Positions 10,824 to 24,463 of a stretch of DNA of 64,000 nt are shown in pieces. The notes below the pieces were generated by a model, which saw only the letters and a program-made list of their open reading frames with translations, did no database searches and had not been told where the DNA came from. Within the stretch, counting starts at the first letter, position 1. Every line of letters begins with the position of its first letter. The translations under genes and the position numbers were made by a program. The stretch is taken from NCBI RefSeq assembly GCF_001194135.2, contig NC_068997.1:11907824-11971823 (forward strand), given 5' to 3'. Origin of the DNA: Octopus bimaculoides. Taxonomy: Eukaryota.

Positions 10824-13363
10824 TACTTGATGATGATTTCGATTCAAAGATATCTAAAAGTCGAGTCCTCTCCATCCGTCCCGCGTGTATGCAAGCGGGA
10901 ATGAAATTATTTTATATTCAAAATACGATTACAGTGTGACAAGTCTTGTTTGTGTTGCTTTTCTTTCTAAATTTTAAAAAATGCTTAATCTTTTGTCTGC
11001 ATCCAAGCCAACATTTGAGCTGGAATGACAAGACTTATAATCAAGTTTTTACTTATAGTTACCTTATTGTGTCATGAGAAATGATATCTCAAATTTATCA
11101 TGAATATAAATTGACATTTAGTTGACAAAACAAATACACTCAATATGACTGCGTCTGTGAATTCTATGACTGATACACTTTGTTCTAGAACTGTAATATT
11201 TCGGCGTATGAATCTTTTAGTAAGAATACCCAGTATCTCTCAGTTCCATCTGCTCTGTTTTTTGCTTTTTTTTTTCAAGGTTCTAAATGTTTTTCGAGAT
11301 GTTTTAGTATACAATGTTACTTGAAATTCGGTGAGAATCGCTTGAATATCAATTCCCAATCCATCAACTGGACCTTACTTCACGCACTGCAGTTTAGGTT
11401 TCATGACATAAATATAGACTGCTTATTAATTAATACTCGGTAATTCGAGCTGATGTAAATTCCGAACATGTTATTAAATAAGCTACAGTGTGTGCATGTG
11501 AGTTTGCATGTGTGTGTAAACACGCGTGTGTGTGAGTGGGTGTGTTTGTGTGTGTGTGTGACTGTGCTTAATAAATTATTTTAATTTCCCATAGTTCGCA
11601 AACTAATAGTGTGCCTATTCTAATAAAAGCAATATTTATGAATATAATTTATGTCAATCTGCAGGATTAACTATAAACTGGGTTCTTCTTGAATCTTCAG
11701 TATATTTATAATTGCATCTAATTTAAACAGATCCTCAACGTGTAAATCAGAATTTTATAATCACTCCAAATAATTACCAAAGCAATCAACTGCCAATTGC
11801 TTACATATACATATACAAGATTATGACTGTAATTATGTTACTGTTATATAATATATTTCTCATAAAACCTTCCTGTTAATATCATTTTAGATTGCTTAAT
11901 AAGAGCGTTCCCACGCCGTTAGGAAATTGCTTGGAAATTGCATCTCTTGTTACTTTATTACACTATACACAAAGATAAAAAGAATATCGTAAGCTTACAT
12001 TATACATCCATATCGGTAGTATCGAATATTATTTTAATACATGGTTGGGAAAACTGAAGCGGATGACCCGAATGAAATTATAAATATAAATGAAGACAAT
12101 AATTACCTATATCTCATAGATATTTATTATTTTAATCCTTGATTAACACAGAATGTGCAACACCGTCACCAAAGACATTCAGTAGAGTTCAGATAAGTTG
12201 TGTTCTTTAGGCTGTGAAGCACATATTAGGAAAGCAATATCTGAGGCATGATATGTTGGATTATACAAGCATGTCAGTAGTCATTAGTAGTGTGTGTGTG
12301 TGCGTGTGTCTCTGTGTGTTTATGTGTATGTGTTTGCTCGCGCATGTGTGTGTATGTGTCTGATTACGCGTGTGTAATGTCATAGATGTAGAATCTATTA
12401 CAATACAATTGATTAAATTGTCACCTTAAGAGTTGAGATTTGTTAGCTCTTCGCAATAAGTATTCCATTGATAATTCGAAATGATAATGACGTATGTTAC
12501 CAAAGGTGTATCCTGAAGTTTTCTGCAGGTAATATCTATCTCTCATCATTCATCAATGTTCTCTAACAAGTGTAAATTGCAAAGATAGATTACAGATGTA
12601 TAACTTCAATCATCAATTATACATATTCCGACTCAGAAATGTTTAATGGAAGATTTAATCGTTTGAAAGCAATTTTATTTTACGTTACTATTAGTCCCCG
12701 ATGGATAAAAATCTATTCGTAAGACACATAGTCTGAGCGGCAATTATAACATGCAAGTAGTTAGTAATCTGCAGATGTGTCCCTGAAGGCACTAGAAATT
12801 ATGTGTAAAAAAATTTAATAGCTCAACAAAAGCAACATACAATCTCGGTTGGTTAATGAACGCAGTCACGTATAAAAACTTAAGCAAATATTTGCTTCCA
12901 AATCAGAATTGCATAAATAAAAATAGTAAACATAATAAAATAAAATAAGCAATCTAATTTCGTTATCGACAGAGAAAATGATTATCATTAACCATTCGCA
13001 GATTCCAAGTGAGGAAAGTAACGTTTTTTCATATCATTTAAGATATTGATGCGGCAAATCGAAAAAATTAAACAAAATGATATTACGACAATATAATTTG
13101 CAATCTATAAATTCTGAGTCATTGCACAGTAATATAAATAACACTGTATGTGTGTGTGTGTGCGTTTGTGTTTGTGTGTGTGTGTGTGTATGTGTGTGTG
13201 TGTGTGTGTGTGTGCATGTGTGTGTGTGTGTATATATATGTTGATAATACTGTGCAATGACTTAGAATTTATAGATAGCAAATTATATATATATATATAT
13301 ATATCTTTATATNNNNNNNNNNNNNNNNNNNNNNNNNNNNNNNNNNNNNNNNNNNNNNNTATA

Positions 13364-13395
<32 letters not shown>

Positions 13396-14003
13396 CATAT
13401 ATATATATGTATTTGTGTGAGTAATTGCATTCATGAAGCTATCACTGTGTGTGTGTGTGTATGCGTGTTTGTGCGTATGTGTGTAAGCAAACATTTATAT
13501 TATGAATGTACATATATTTTTTGATATGTGTATATATTTATGTTGGAATGTAGCGATAAACGGATTCCATTTAAGAGTTCCATAGTCAAAAGGTTAGTCT
13601 TATAATGATTTTATTGACTAAACGTAAACAAATCAATGTATATAAGTTTAATTATTATGTACCGGAACACATCGTGTCCCTGTAAACTGACTGTATTCAG
13701 TCATGAGTTTCATTGATGCGGCTATGAATGATAGGTATTAAAATTTACCCAGATTCATCACGTCCATAATTATAAAGTAACAAATCACAACGTAAAGAGA
13801 GCACTTTCAAATAGCAAAATTCTTTATTGGTCAAATATTGAATATGAAAGCCTGCAGTGAAAAACTTGTACCTCATGAGCTGTGATTTTACTGAATGTAA
13901 AGCCCCCCCCCCAAACAAATCGTGGCGTATTTGCAGCCTATTTTTGTGTTAAAATATGTTTGAGTGACAATTGAGATATAGAGTCTTGTGATATTTTGGA
14001 ACA

Positions 14004-14143
14004 CCCCAGCGCTCAACTGGTGGTTAATTTATCGACACCGAAAGAATGAAACGTAAAGTCCACTTGTGTGACATTTGAACACAGAACGTAAAGACGGACG
14101 AAATGTCACTAAGCATTTTGCGCAGCACGGTAACGCTTCCGCC
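14004..14143 (-). mobile_element. SINE family A
   Basis: The reverse complement contains aatgcttagtgacatttcgtccgtctttacgttctgtgttcaaat..ggtgtcgataaattaacc..ctgggg. Confidence 0.75.
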
Positions 14144-14776
14144 ATCTCTTTGATCTCTAAGAAGTTGTATCTTTAAATAATATGAATTCNNNNNNNNNNN
14201 NNNNNNNNNNNNNNNNNNNNNNNNNNNNNNNNNNNNNNNNNNNNNNNNNNNNNNNNNNNNNNNNNNNNNNNNNNNNNNNNNNNNNNNNNNNNNNNNNNNN
14301 NNNNNNNNNNNNNNNNNNNNNNNNNNNNNNNNNNNNNNNNNNNNNNNNNNNNNNNNNNNNNNNNNNNNNNNNNNNNNNNNNNNNNNNNNNNNNNNNNNNN
14401 NNNNNNNNNNNNNNNNNNNNNNNNNNNNNNNNNNNNNNNNNNNNNNNNNNNNNNNNNNNNNNNNNNNNNNNNNNNNNNNNNNNNNNNNNNNNNNNNNNNN
14501 NNNNNNNNNNNNNNNNNNNNNNNNNNNNNNNNNNNNNNNNNNNNNNNNNNNNNNNNNNNNNNNNNNNNNNNNNNNNNNNNNNNNNNNNNNNNNNNNNNNN
14601 NNNNNNNNNNNNNNNNNNNNNNNNNNNNNNNNNNNNNNNNNNNNNNNNNNNNNNNNNNNNNNNNNNNNNNNNNNNNNNNNNNNNNNNNNNNNNNNNNNNN
14701 NNNNNNNNNNNNNNNNNNNNNNNNNNNNNNNNNNNNNNNNNNNNNNATATATATATTATATATATATATATATATC

Positions 14777-14807
<31 letters not shown>

Positions 14808-15972
14808 TGCGCTAGCATATATATATTATATCCTATACTACATAAAATATGTGCTATATATATTATGTATACTTATAGACGGGGAAAGAGAAAGAGTCGG
14901 AAGTGTGTGTATATGGTTGTACATGTAAACATTATTATAGTAATTTGAATCATATTGGCGTTATTGGTGCGTTTTAAGAAGCAATCACTACAATTCATTG
15001 AGTATTACGACTGACAATGTTACCTGCACAAACCATTTGCCAGCTCTATACGCATATTTTTGTAGAGAGTTGTGTATCTCTGTTTGTATTCTTCGTGCCT
15101 ATTACTTATCGTGATATGGAAAGAATACAAGCAACTCAGAGTAAACGGCTTCCACTTAAACGGCAACTTTAACCCTTCACCCTCCAGATAATGCTGTTTC
15201 TAATATCTGCGCAATCAAAGGCAGTTAAAAGTATATTACGATCACAAGTTCAATTCTTCCCCCTCAAGACCACAGGCTATCACAGTTTGCATATACTTTC
15301 TTTAAATATATACGTACAATGCCCTTCATCAATTATCATTCAAATGAATTGATATTTCTCCTATAAATGAACTGCTGACCATATAGTGGAAAGATAATTC
15401 TCTTTGTCATCTATGCATCTTCAATTTCTTCAAACAAAATTCAACAAATTCTTTCATCTTTTTGCATGAAACCATTTCTATATCGTTGACATTAACTCAA
15501 CTGTCATATTTAAATTATCTTTCCGAAAAATCAAATAATCGAATAATCCCTTAACCTATCAATTCTGTATTTAATCGAACGCATTCGACGGATAATTTGA
15601 GTTGAAACAGAAATTCTAATAACTTTTCACCATAATCCTTCGTTTTATATCTAGCTGTTCCTATTGATCAAAATTTGTATATTTATCAATATATCCGAGA
15701 CAATTACAGAACTAACGATTTTCAAAAATTATTGCGTAACGTGCTTCGAACGGTTGTGCACGGTGCCTTTTCCTTAATATCTAGAATCAAGTTTATGTCA
15801 TTCATGTCTATATTTATATCTCTGAATGGATTGCAAGCATACAGAATTTGAAACGGTATATTCTAAATGAATTAGAGATTTAAATCATATACAATTCTAT
15901 CTTGAATAATATATAATCCAACTTATTATACCAGGTATCATGGCAGAAAAAATATGTATACATTTATATATA

Positions 15973-15974
<2 letters not shown>

Positions 15975-16048
<74 letters not shown>
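15975..16048. repeat. (TG)n microsatellite
   Basis: Direct reading; many further (TG)n/(TA)n tracts are not listed individually. Confidence 0.95.
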
Positions 16049-16051
<3 letters not shown>

Positions 16052-16529
16052 TTGTGTGTGTACTTGGTGGTGGCGCGTGACAGAATAGTACTGCCAGCGT
16101 CTACTGATTCAAAAGAGCCAGTTGGATGTAATAGCATGAACGTTAAAACTTTACTTAAGGGGACAGCGATTATATATCACCTGAATAAACTCAACTGGGT
16201 CCCGTTATATAGGTAAACCGTTGCATAATTTAAATCCTGTGTATATGTGGATCTAAGATATGTAGTGTTTATTAAATAGCACTAAAATGAAAGCCATTGC
16301 TACCTCTTCAATCACGCAATATACTGAGTATTTATCCAATTCTTCCAAGTATAGTTTTCCTTTCACATGCGTCTTACATCCAATGATTAACTATTTTCTA
16401 CTACTCTCACCAGATTCTGAACCATCGTTATGCTAAGGATCGTCAGCCAGATTGGACCTTATAGCAAGCAATGGTTGTGCACGGTGCCTTTTCTGGAAGC
16501 ATCGTGCGCAGTCATTATGTCTTACACAT

Positions 16530-16900
16530 TTCATAAATTTGACTTGTACAGACTTTCAAATTCCCCATTCCTCGTAAATTGCTTTTCATCCGAGTAGATA
16601 ATCACTCGGGAACCTAAGGAACAGCTGCAAAAGCTGTCTTTATGCTGGATAAATGAAACTTCATACATGCCAACACCTGCGTTTGAATCATGTTTTCTCT
16701 TTCGTTTTACATCGATGACAGATATCGCATTTAAACGTGAAATGCGACTACAGCCGCTGCACGTGAGATCACCTCTAGAATCCATTCCATACACAACAAC
16801 TCCAACTTTAGTGACATAAAATTTCAGCATTTGATGGACAATTCCAATTTTCTCAAACTGCAGGTTATTTTTACGGGTTAAAGATCAACGCCTCTTCTCT
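16530..16900 (-). mobile_element. Decayed RTE-like LINE C-terminal fragment
   Basis: LKFYVTKVGVVVYGMDS resembles L.IY.A.V...LLYG.ESW; CSRISRLNAISVIDVK resembles CLR.I...SR.D.I.N. Confidence 0.35.
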
Positions 16901-17775
16901 TTCTTTTTATTGGGAGATATTCCCAATTAACAGAATGTAGGACTCATAGAATTAAGCTTATCTTAAATCGCTTCCGTTGTTGCGCTGTCGATGTTTCCAG
17001 AGAAATAATTTCTTTGAAACTAGTGATCCCCACTGTGGAAAATAATTCAAGATGTTTTAGGATTAGTAATGAGAACATCAACAGCCAGAGAAAAACTGGC
17101 GCATCTTTCATGGCTATTCGTTGAATATTCATGAAATTAATTAAACGTTAGATTCTAATTCATTATTGTAAAAAGAATATGGATTCACTTATTATTCCTG
17201 AAATAAATTTTATTCCTGCCAGGATTTGATATCGCTCAACTTTGGGCTGGTTACACATAATATCATTCTAATTAGATAAATAAAATTTATGCTGGGATGC
17301 ATCAAAATATATGTATTAGAAACTACGTTCGTTAATATGATATCATTTTATGGATGCAAAGTTTTGTAGCATTTGCATGAACACACGACAGAACAAATGA
17401 ATAATTCTGCGATTGCCTGATATTCTAGGTGTAAGAAACCAAAACCAATATTCATCACAAAAAGAAATAGGAAAATCACACGAAATGATCAAAAGACTCA
17501 GAAAAAGAAGACTTTGGTTACTACTGTTCATGAAAAGAACAAATCAGGCACGGAACGATAACATGTGAAATAACACAAAAATTGCGATAGAAATTTATAA
17601 TTAAACATAGGCGGAACTTTTTGTTAACGTTTATATTAGAATTCCTATTATCGAACAATGAGATTTGTTTAGTTCTTTTCAAGACATAACTTGATGACAG
17701 GTGTGTTCTACCCTGATTGGTGGAATACCTGTTGCGCTTAAAGAAGATGCGGGTCGTGCTTAAAGAAAATGCAGG

Positions 17776-17966
17776 TCGGAGCTGACAAAATCACAAGCAC
17801 ACAGGGCGAAATGCTTGGCCGTGTTTCGTCTGCTTTCACGTTCTGTGTTTAAATTCCGCAGCGGTCGACATTGCGTTTCAACGTTTCGGGATCGATAAAT
17901 TAAGCAACAGTGAAACAGTGGGGTCGATGTAATCGACTTACCCTTTCCCCAAAAGTTTCATGCCTT
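17776..17966 (+). mobile_element. SINE family A
   Basis: ggagctgacaaaatc..ggcgaaatgctt..gttctgtgtttaaattccgc..tcgataaattaagc..tggggtcgatgtaatcgac. Confidence 0.8.
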
Positions 17967-18482
17967 TAATAGATAGGATTATTTATGGCTTCATCTGCTT
18001 CAAGTTTCACCGTTCCAAAAAAGTATTATTTTACCTTCTCTTGAACTTACTAAATTATTATCATATCACCAATACAATACACGTTTGTAAGAATGAAATT
18101 TTTAAACATAAAGAAATTTGAAAGATCGTTTTGGCCCAATATAGAACGCCTGGCATACTTACAACTGTGACTACGGATCCCCCGACATTTTGTAGCCAAT
18201 GGTTTTTTCTCTTAATATTTACTTGCTATAATTTATAGCTTTAACTGTTTCGAGTTTCATCATTCTATGTAGAATCGTTTCCCTTTCTTTACACGTTTTT
18301 TCCGGTTACTCTCCAGCTGAGGCAAGACTGTTCTTTTCTTTCCTTTTGTTTTTTCTCATCATCTATCTTATCCGTAATAAAACGAATTCCCGAAACATAA
18401 AATTTTTCCATTTGAGTCAATATACAGAATTACAGATTGTATTCATGGAATTTTGATTTATTGTCTGGTGACTTTTGGCCAA

Positions 18483-18532
<50 letters not shown>

Positions 18533-19358
18533 GCATGAATTGTGCGTGTCCAAGTCTCTCTCACAAAGCTTGTCATTGCTTATCAGGTAAAAATATTTAC
18601 GTCAGCAATGAATCGGTGCTTTACAAACGAAATTCGCTGGTAGAGTTTTTTTTCCTGCGCTTAGTTACAAACGTTTTCTCACTCTCTTCATCAAAAATAC
18701 CAGGAGCCAACTGTAATGAGTGGCATATTCTGATTTGCACTTTTTGCTTTTATTTATTTTTTTCTTAGTTTCTTTTCGTAAGGCAGTATGAAATTATTCA
18801 TGCTGATATGACACTATTTTCATGGTTTGAAATCTGTCTTTAAACTATCATTGGAATAGACACCGCAGTGAATTGCAGAAAATATTCGAGGCCGTTTGGA
18901 ATAATTAAATTGGTTCGCCTGGATAAACTTATAATATATCTTTTGAAAGGTTTATCAATTAACGAACGACACAATTGTTCACAAATTGCTATTTCAGAAA
19001 AAGTAAACAAGCCAAGAATACTCTCAATTAGAGACAAAGACAAATTTTGTAAAGGAATTGAGAAAAAAAGCAAGAACAAATATTCAAAGATTCTTTAGAA
19101 ACTTTTTCATCGATATGAATAAAAAAAAATGCTTCATAGATTTTAGAAACATCAAAAGAATTATTAATATATATATATTATAAATTCATTCAAGCGAAAC
19201 AAATTAATTCATCCAAAAAGTCTAGAACATTTTCTGAGATTAACCACTGTGTCTCTTGCAATAATATTTCAAAGACGACTTCAAACTGCGAAAATAATGG
19301 CATACCAGCATGAATAGTTGGATTCTGCCTTAAGTAAATAGGTGGAGGCTTGATTCAT

Positions 19359-19505
19359 AGGCGCAGGCACGGATGTGTGGTTGACAAGCTCGCTTTGCAA
19401 CCACGTGTTTTCTGGTTCAATCCCATTGCGCAGCATTTTAGGTATGTGATTTCTACTGAAACCTTGCTACAGCCTAGCGTAACAAAGCAGTCCGACGGAA
19501 ACATA
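19359..19505 (+). mobile_element. SINE family B, 5' part, diverged
   Basis: aggcgcaggcacggatgtgtgg..aaccacgtg..ggttcaatcccattgcgcagca. Confidence 0.65.
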
Positions 19506-19689
19506 TTAGTGTCTACAACAAAAATATTTACTGGGATCAATTTATGCCGAAGTATTTGCATAAAGTAATTTCTCACAAAAGCAAAGTAGTTATATATGTA
19601 TATATTTATATATAATATATACGTTTCGATCAAAGATTGGTCCAGTCCATATCCAACTTAATAGCACCACTTGATAGGATTAGTTAAAT

Positions 19690-19975
19690 CCTTTCTTAAT
19701 CAAGTTTTGTGGTATTATTGTCCATTCTAGCACGGAGTTCTTGTTGAGTGAGTTGCATCCAAGTACAGGTGGATTAACTCGTATTTCTTGAAGAAATTTC
19801 TCCAGATTCCGTTTAATGGTGATGAGATCCTTGTCTTTTTTAATCTGTTTCCGGACAATGTTAAATAGGGCAGAGCCTGTTGGGGAAAAGAGGTTTATTG
19901 CAGAGTATTTATCTGGTGTGATATTGTATTCGATAGGGTACGTTTGACCCGTGGTCCTAGCGTTGGATGAATTTT
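19690..19975 (-). mobile_element. CR1-type LINE 3' end, second subfamily
   Basis: Minus, frameshifted: FKIHPTLGPRVKR..ALFNIVRKQIK..DLITIKRNLEKFLQEIRVNPPVLGCNSLNKNSVLEW. Confidence 0.65.
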
Positions 19976-20524
19976 GAAGCTAATGCACACACACACACAC
20001 ACACGCACATATATATATACACACGTCTGTATGGGTTTGTGTGTGTCTTGTGTGTTAGTGTGTGTTAGTGTGTGTGTTAGAGCAAATTCAAATTCTTAAT
20101 ATAAGTGAAGAATAATTTTATTCTGTCTTTGTATGGAGGAAAACTAAATATGTAGAGATAAACAAGGTTTTTTCTGTTATCACATTTGAACAGAAATTAT
20201 TTTGCAATACTTATTGTTAATGTGAGTTTTGAATATATAATTTTCATAAATGTATATAATGAAAGTGAGAAAGGGAGGGGAGCAAGGGAATATAAGGTGA
20301 AACGTGTTTCTCTTTAGTCTCTTGTATAGAGAAAGTTTTGCATCTTTGATTTTTGCGGTTACTTATGTATATATATATANNNNNNNNNNNNNNNNNNNNN
20401 NNNNNNNNNNNNNNNNNNNNNNNNNNNNNNNNNNNNNNNNNNNNNNNNNNNNNNNNNNNNNNNNNNNNNNNNNNNNNNNNNNNNNNNNNNNNNNNNNNNN
20501 NNNNNNNNNNNNNNNNNNNNNNNN

Positions 20525-20556
<32 letters not shown>

Positions 20557-20569
20557 GAGAGAGAGAGAG

Positions 20570-20845
20570 ATGTATGGTGGCGGTTAGCTATCCCGTCGAA
20601 GTCGGCGTATGGGCGTTCAGCTTTGCCGAACGACCTGCACAAAATGATTTTTTGTTATGGCGATCGAAAGTTCGTGCTGCATCAAATCGACATTGTCTGA
20701 ACAGTGGCACCGTGTATCACGCATCAGGTGTCGAAGTGATGGCAGACCAACATGAGATGAAGTGCTTTGCTCAAGGTCACATCGCACCACCACGTCTGGA
20801 ATTTGAACCCACGATCTCTAAATGAGTGCAACGCTCTATTTATGT
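20570..20845 (-). mobile_element. SINE family C (tRNA-like head on minus)
   Basis: gagatgaagtgctttgctcaagg..gaatttgaacccacgatc is the reverse complement of a B-box head. The body resembles a repeat recalled from Octopus. Confidence 0.55.
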
Positions 20846-21116
20846 GCAACCACCTATCTATGTGCAACACCCTCTCTATGTGCGGACAAAAGGAAACAGA
20901 GAAAGAAGACAGAATGAGTTGTGCACAATTAAATTTAGGAAACAGCAGTAAATCTAAATGTAGAAACTCCTGTTATGGTAACTTTCTTCGTTAAGGCATT
21001 CATTTTATAGACTACGTGCGTACAAATATGTATATACATACTTTTATTTTACTGCTTATTTAACTGTTCACTACTGAGTGTGTATTGTTTTACACATACG
21101 CATGTGTGCGCGAAAG

Positions 21117-21150
<34 letters not shown>

Positions 21151-22794
21151 TAAATGTATATGCATATATTTATACCTATGTTTATACATAATTAAATGTT
21201 TCTATAGACATTCAAATATATGTATGCATAAATGTGTATGTGTATGCATGAGTTTTACATTATGCAAGTATCTATACACCGCATAGTCTTATATTTAGTC
21301 CGCTGTCATGTGCATGGCGGTCCGTGATACAAGCATATCGCTTAGCAACCTAAGGATTGACTTTCATTGGCATAGATGCAAACTATCACGTTCTAAAGTG
21401 AAGATCGCTATAATGAGATTCTTCATTTAAATTACTGTAAGAAATAAAGCGGTGTATAATTGATAGGCACTAAAATTTCATTAACTTGTACCAACCACCA
21501 TTTATTATAGGATTGTAGTTAAGAGTGAGTTAGAATCTGATAGCCTTCCGTATTCGGCAAGCGTTACTAGAGGTGACCTTTTCTTGATGCTCATGCGATA
21601 TTGTTTCTTTCCTTTCAGATTAAAATTAAATGCGATATTTATATGAGACATTTCTGTTGCTACAATATAGATAACGTAATAATATGGAGTAGCTCAATTT
21701 TCCGGATATTCTTGAAATGTAAATATGTATCAGTATACAGTTTATATTAGGTGAAATTTGGTTTCTAATCTAGACTACAGTTTCTTTGTGCATTTATATG
21801 AAGTTTTAATGTTACAATGAAGCGTTTTCCTATAGATAATGTTATCCATGCGTGTGGAATACACTTCCAAATGAAGAGAATGTGATGGCTTAAATATCTT
21901 ACAAATAAATATCTTGTAAATATCTTACAAATAAGCCGTAACCTATCTTCTCGGATTGTTTAACATGGAAATATCATAATGGGACATATTGCTAAATCAC
22001 CGTCTGGCTGGACTGCAATCTCTACAGAGTATATGAAACCGTGTGAATATCTAACCAACGAAGGAAACTTGACTACGGCACTCTTATGTAGCTTTATTGC
22101 GAAAGTTCTTTTTCAGAAAATTATTTTGGTGCTATTTTATTGGTTTCTGGCCAAATAGGAAAACCTGTTGGTTATACCAACGAGAAAGTGTACACTGAGT
22201 TTCATGCTCTGTAATCTTAACAGCCAAAAGAGAAAGAGAACACTAGTTATTGCACTACAGAACAATTACAGGATAACTATTGCACAACAGAATAGTTACA
22301 GCTGGAATTTCTTTCCTCATCGGGCTGTATGGTTAGAATATTAGGTGGCTTAAATAACAACACCTAAAGAAAGTGGATCGGAGATATTTTAAAGCAGTCA
22401 TCAGAGATGTATTGATGAACGTGATATCTGATTTTGATCATGTTTAATAACATAAGTGCGTCTGTGTGATTTCAATAATTCGACCTTTAATCTATACATA
22501 ATGAACCCACACTTGGTCTGCATGACATACCAATAAAATCATATCAATAAGTATGTAGTAAGTTTATGATATTTAAATGTCTATGATGTTAACATTTTGT
22601 AGAATCAGGCATTTCTCTTCGTTAAACCTGAAACAACTGCGCAAACTTTTAAATAACGATTTTTTTTTTCAAATAACCACGATATAAATAATGCATAATT
22701 TGGAATGGCGATGACTTTTCTAACGTGCAATATGGATATTCGTGAAATTATAATCCATTAATTGTAATATAATTGTATATATATAGACATACAT

Positions 22795-22855
<61 letters not shown>

Positions 22856-22864
22856 TATATATAC

Positions 22865-22902
<38 letters not shown>
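22865..22902. repeat. (GATA)n microsatellite
   Basis: Direct reading. Confidence 0.95.
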
Positions 22903-24334
22903 GTATGAAATATTCACTCCTATCTATTTATCGATATATCTATATAGATCCAGTTGATTCAAATTGTTAAAAAGCTGTCTTAAAGCAGCTCATTCCGATA
23001 TTTAGACATTAATATGTCCTCAGCATATTTATTTCATTCTCTTATTATCACAGGAGTTGTTTCATTCAAATGTTAATGGATTTCTATTTTATGAGGAAAT
23101 GTACGGCAGTATGAATTTAATACCTAAGTGTGAAAAGTATCATTAAAAAATATTTTGTTTGTTCTAATTGAAGATTTGAAGATCTCGAAGAATTTCCATT
23201 GGAATTACCAAGCTGGAAATAAGTGCTTTGATCATACTCGCTTAGATTTATGCATTTGAAATTACTCACACGAAATACGAAATCCTATTTCAGCATGTAT
23301 TTAATATCTGTAACTGCTAAAGGAATCTGCGAAAAATATTTTATTTGTTACAGCGGAACATCTCTGAATTTTCACCGAAATGAAAATATTTGAAACAGGT
23401 GCTTTGAACATTGCGCTTTTAAGTGTATATATGTGAAATTACTCAAGTGAAAATATTTCTCAATATATGTTTAATATTTGTTAGTGTTAAAAGGATCTCC
23501 GAAAAACATTTTATGTATTTCTACAATTAATCAACTCTATGCTGTGAAGTTCAGTGTAATTCATATTCTTGTAACAGATATACTTGTCCATGCATCCTTA
23601 TTTGTATATATTTGAAATACTCGAATGAAATACTAAAACCATTAAATATTAAACAAATCGCCTTTTTGAATTCATACAGCGAAATTTGTGTTCATTCGGT
23701 TTGATTTCGCAAATTATTTAAGAAACTTTCCTCAGTAATGTTTCAAGATAACCTGAAATTTGCATCGATATTTAGTCTTGATACTACATCTGGTTGTTAA
23801 TGATATTTCAATATATTTCGCATGTAAAATGCCATTCTGACCTTCGGTATAGTTTATAGGACATGGAAATTAGAAATACTATACAAAGTTAATTAGTAAT
23901 ATGTTTACCGATAAATATTATATTAAATTGGTATGGAAAAACCTGCTTTAGATTCCGAATAAATTCATTGTATATTATTAAATAAGACGCCCACCTGCAT
24001 TTTCATTGTGGTGGGTGCATGTGCGTCCGTGATTGTAGCATACGCCTATATTTTTTTCCTCTCTGCTTGTTTGACATACAGAAGTTACCACTGGAAAATA
24101 GCCTACATCAACGAACTAATCAAATGTGCACTACAGAACCAAAATCAATAATATAACCATATAATTATACGCAGGTGTTTCGCCTAAAATGCAGGTACAT
24201 TTATAAGATGCTTCTAACTTCGACAACATATATGGAATTTACAATGCCAGAACGGAAGAAATAATGCTATCTCAGCTCCTAAGCACAATACTGTAATTAT
24301 CAAATTCAAGCGATTTAATTAACATACATCCAGT

Positions 24335-24463
24335 AACATTAGACATTAGATATGTCTAATGTTATTGGAGATATTAGACATTAGATATGTCTAATGTTAT
24401 TGGAGATATTAGACATTAGATATGTCTAATGTTATTGGAGATATTAGACATTAGATATGTCTA
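24335..24463. repeat. 35-bp minisatellite (3.6 identical copies) with internal inverted repeat
   Basis: Unit ATTAGACATTAGATATGTCTAATGTTATTGGAGAT at 24338, 24373, 24408 and partial at 24443. Confidence 0.95.

Noticed and set aside
16944-17132. 62-aa ORF with a signal-peptide-like start (MKDAPVFLWLLMFSLLIL)
   Set aside because: No splice donor or promoter evidence; it lies between a LINE relic and a hammerhead-like motif and is probably a chance hydrophobic ORF.
18866-19098. Tc1 transposase N-terminus (KPRILSIRD)
   Set aside because: Only a short motif resemblance, with no DDE domain or second TIR.
24335-24463. CRISPR-like palindromic repeat array
   Set aside because: The spacers are identical, there are no cas genes and the context is eukaryotic; it is a minisatellite.
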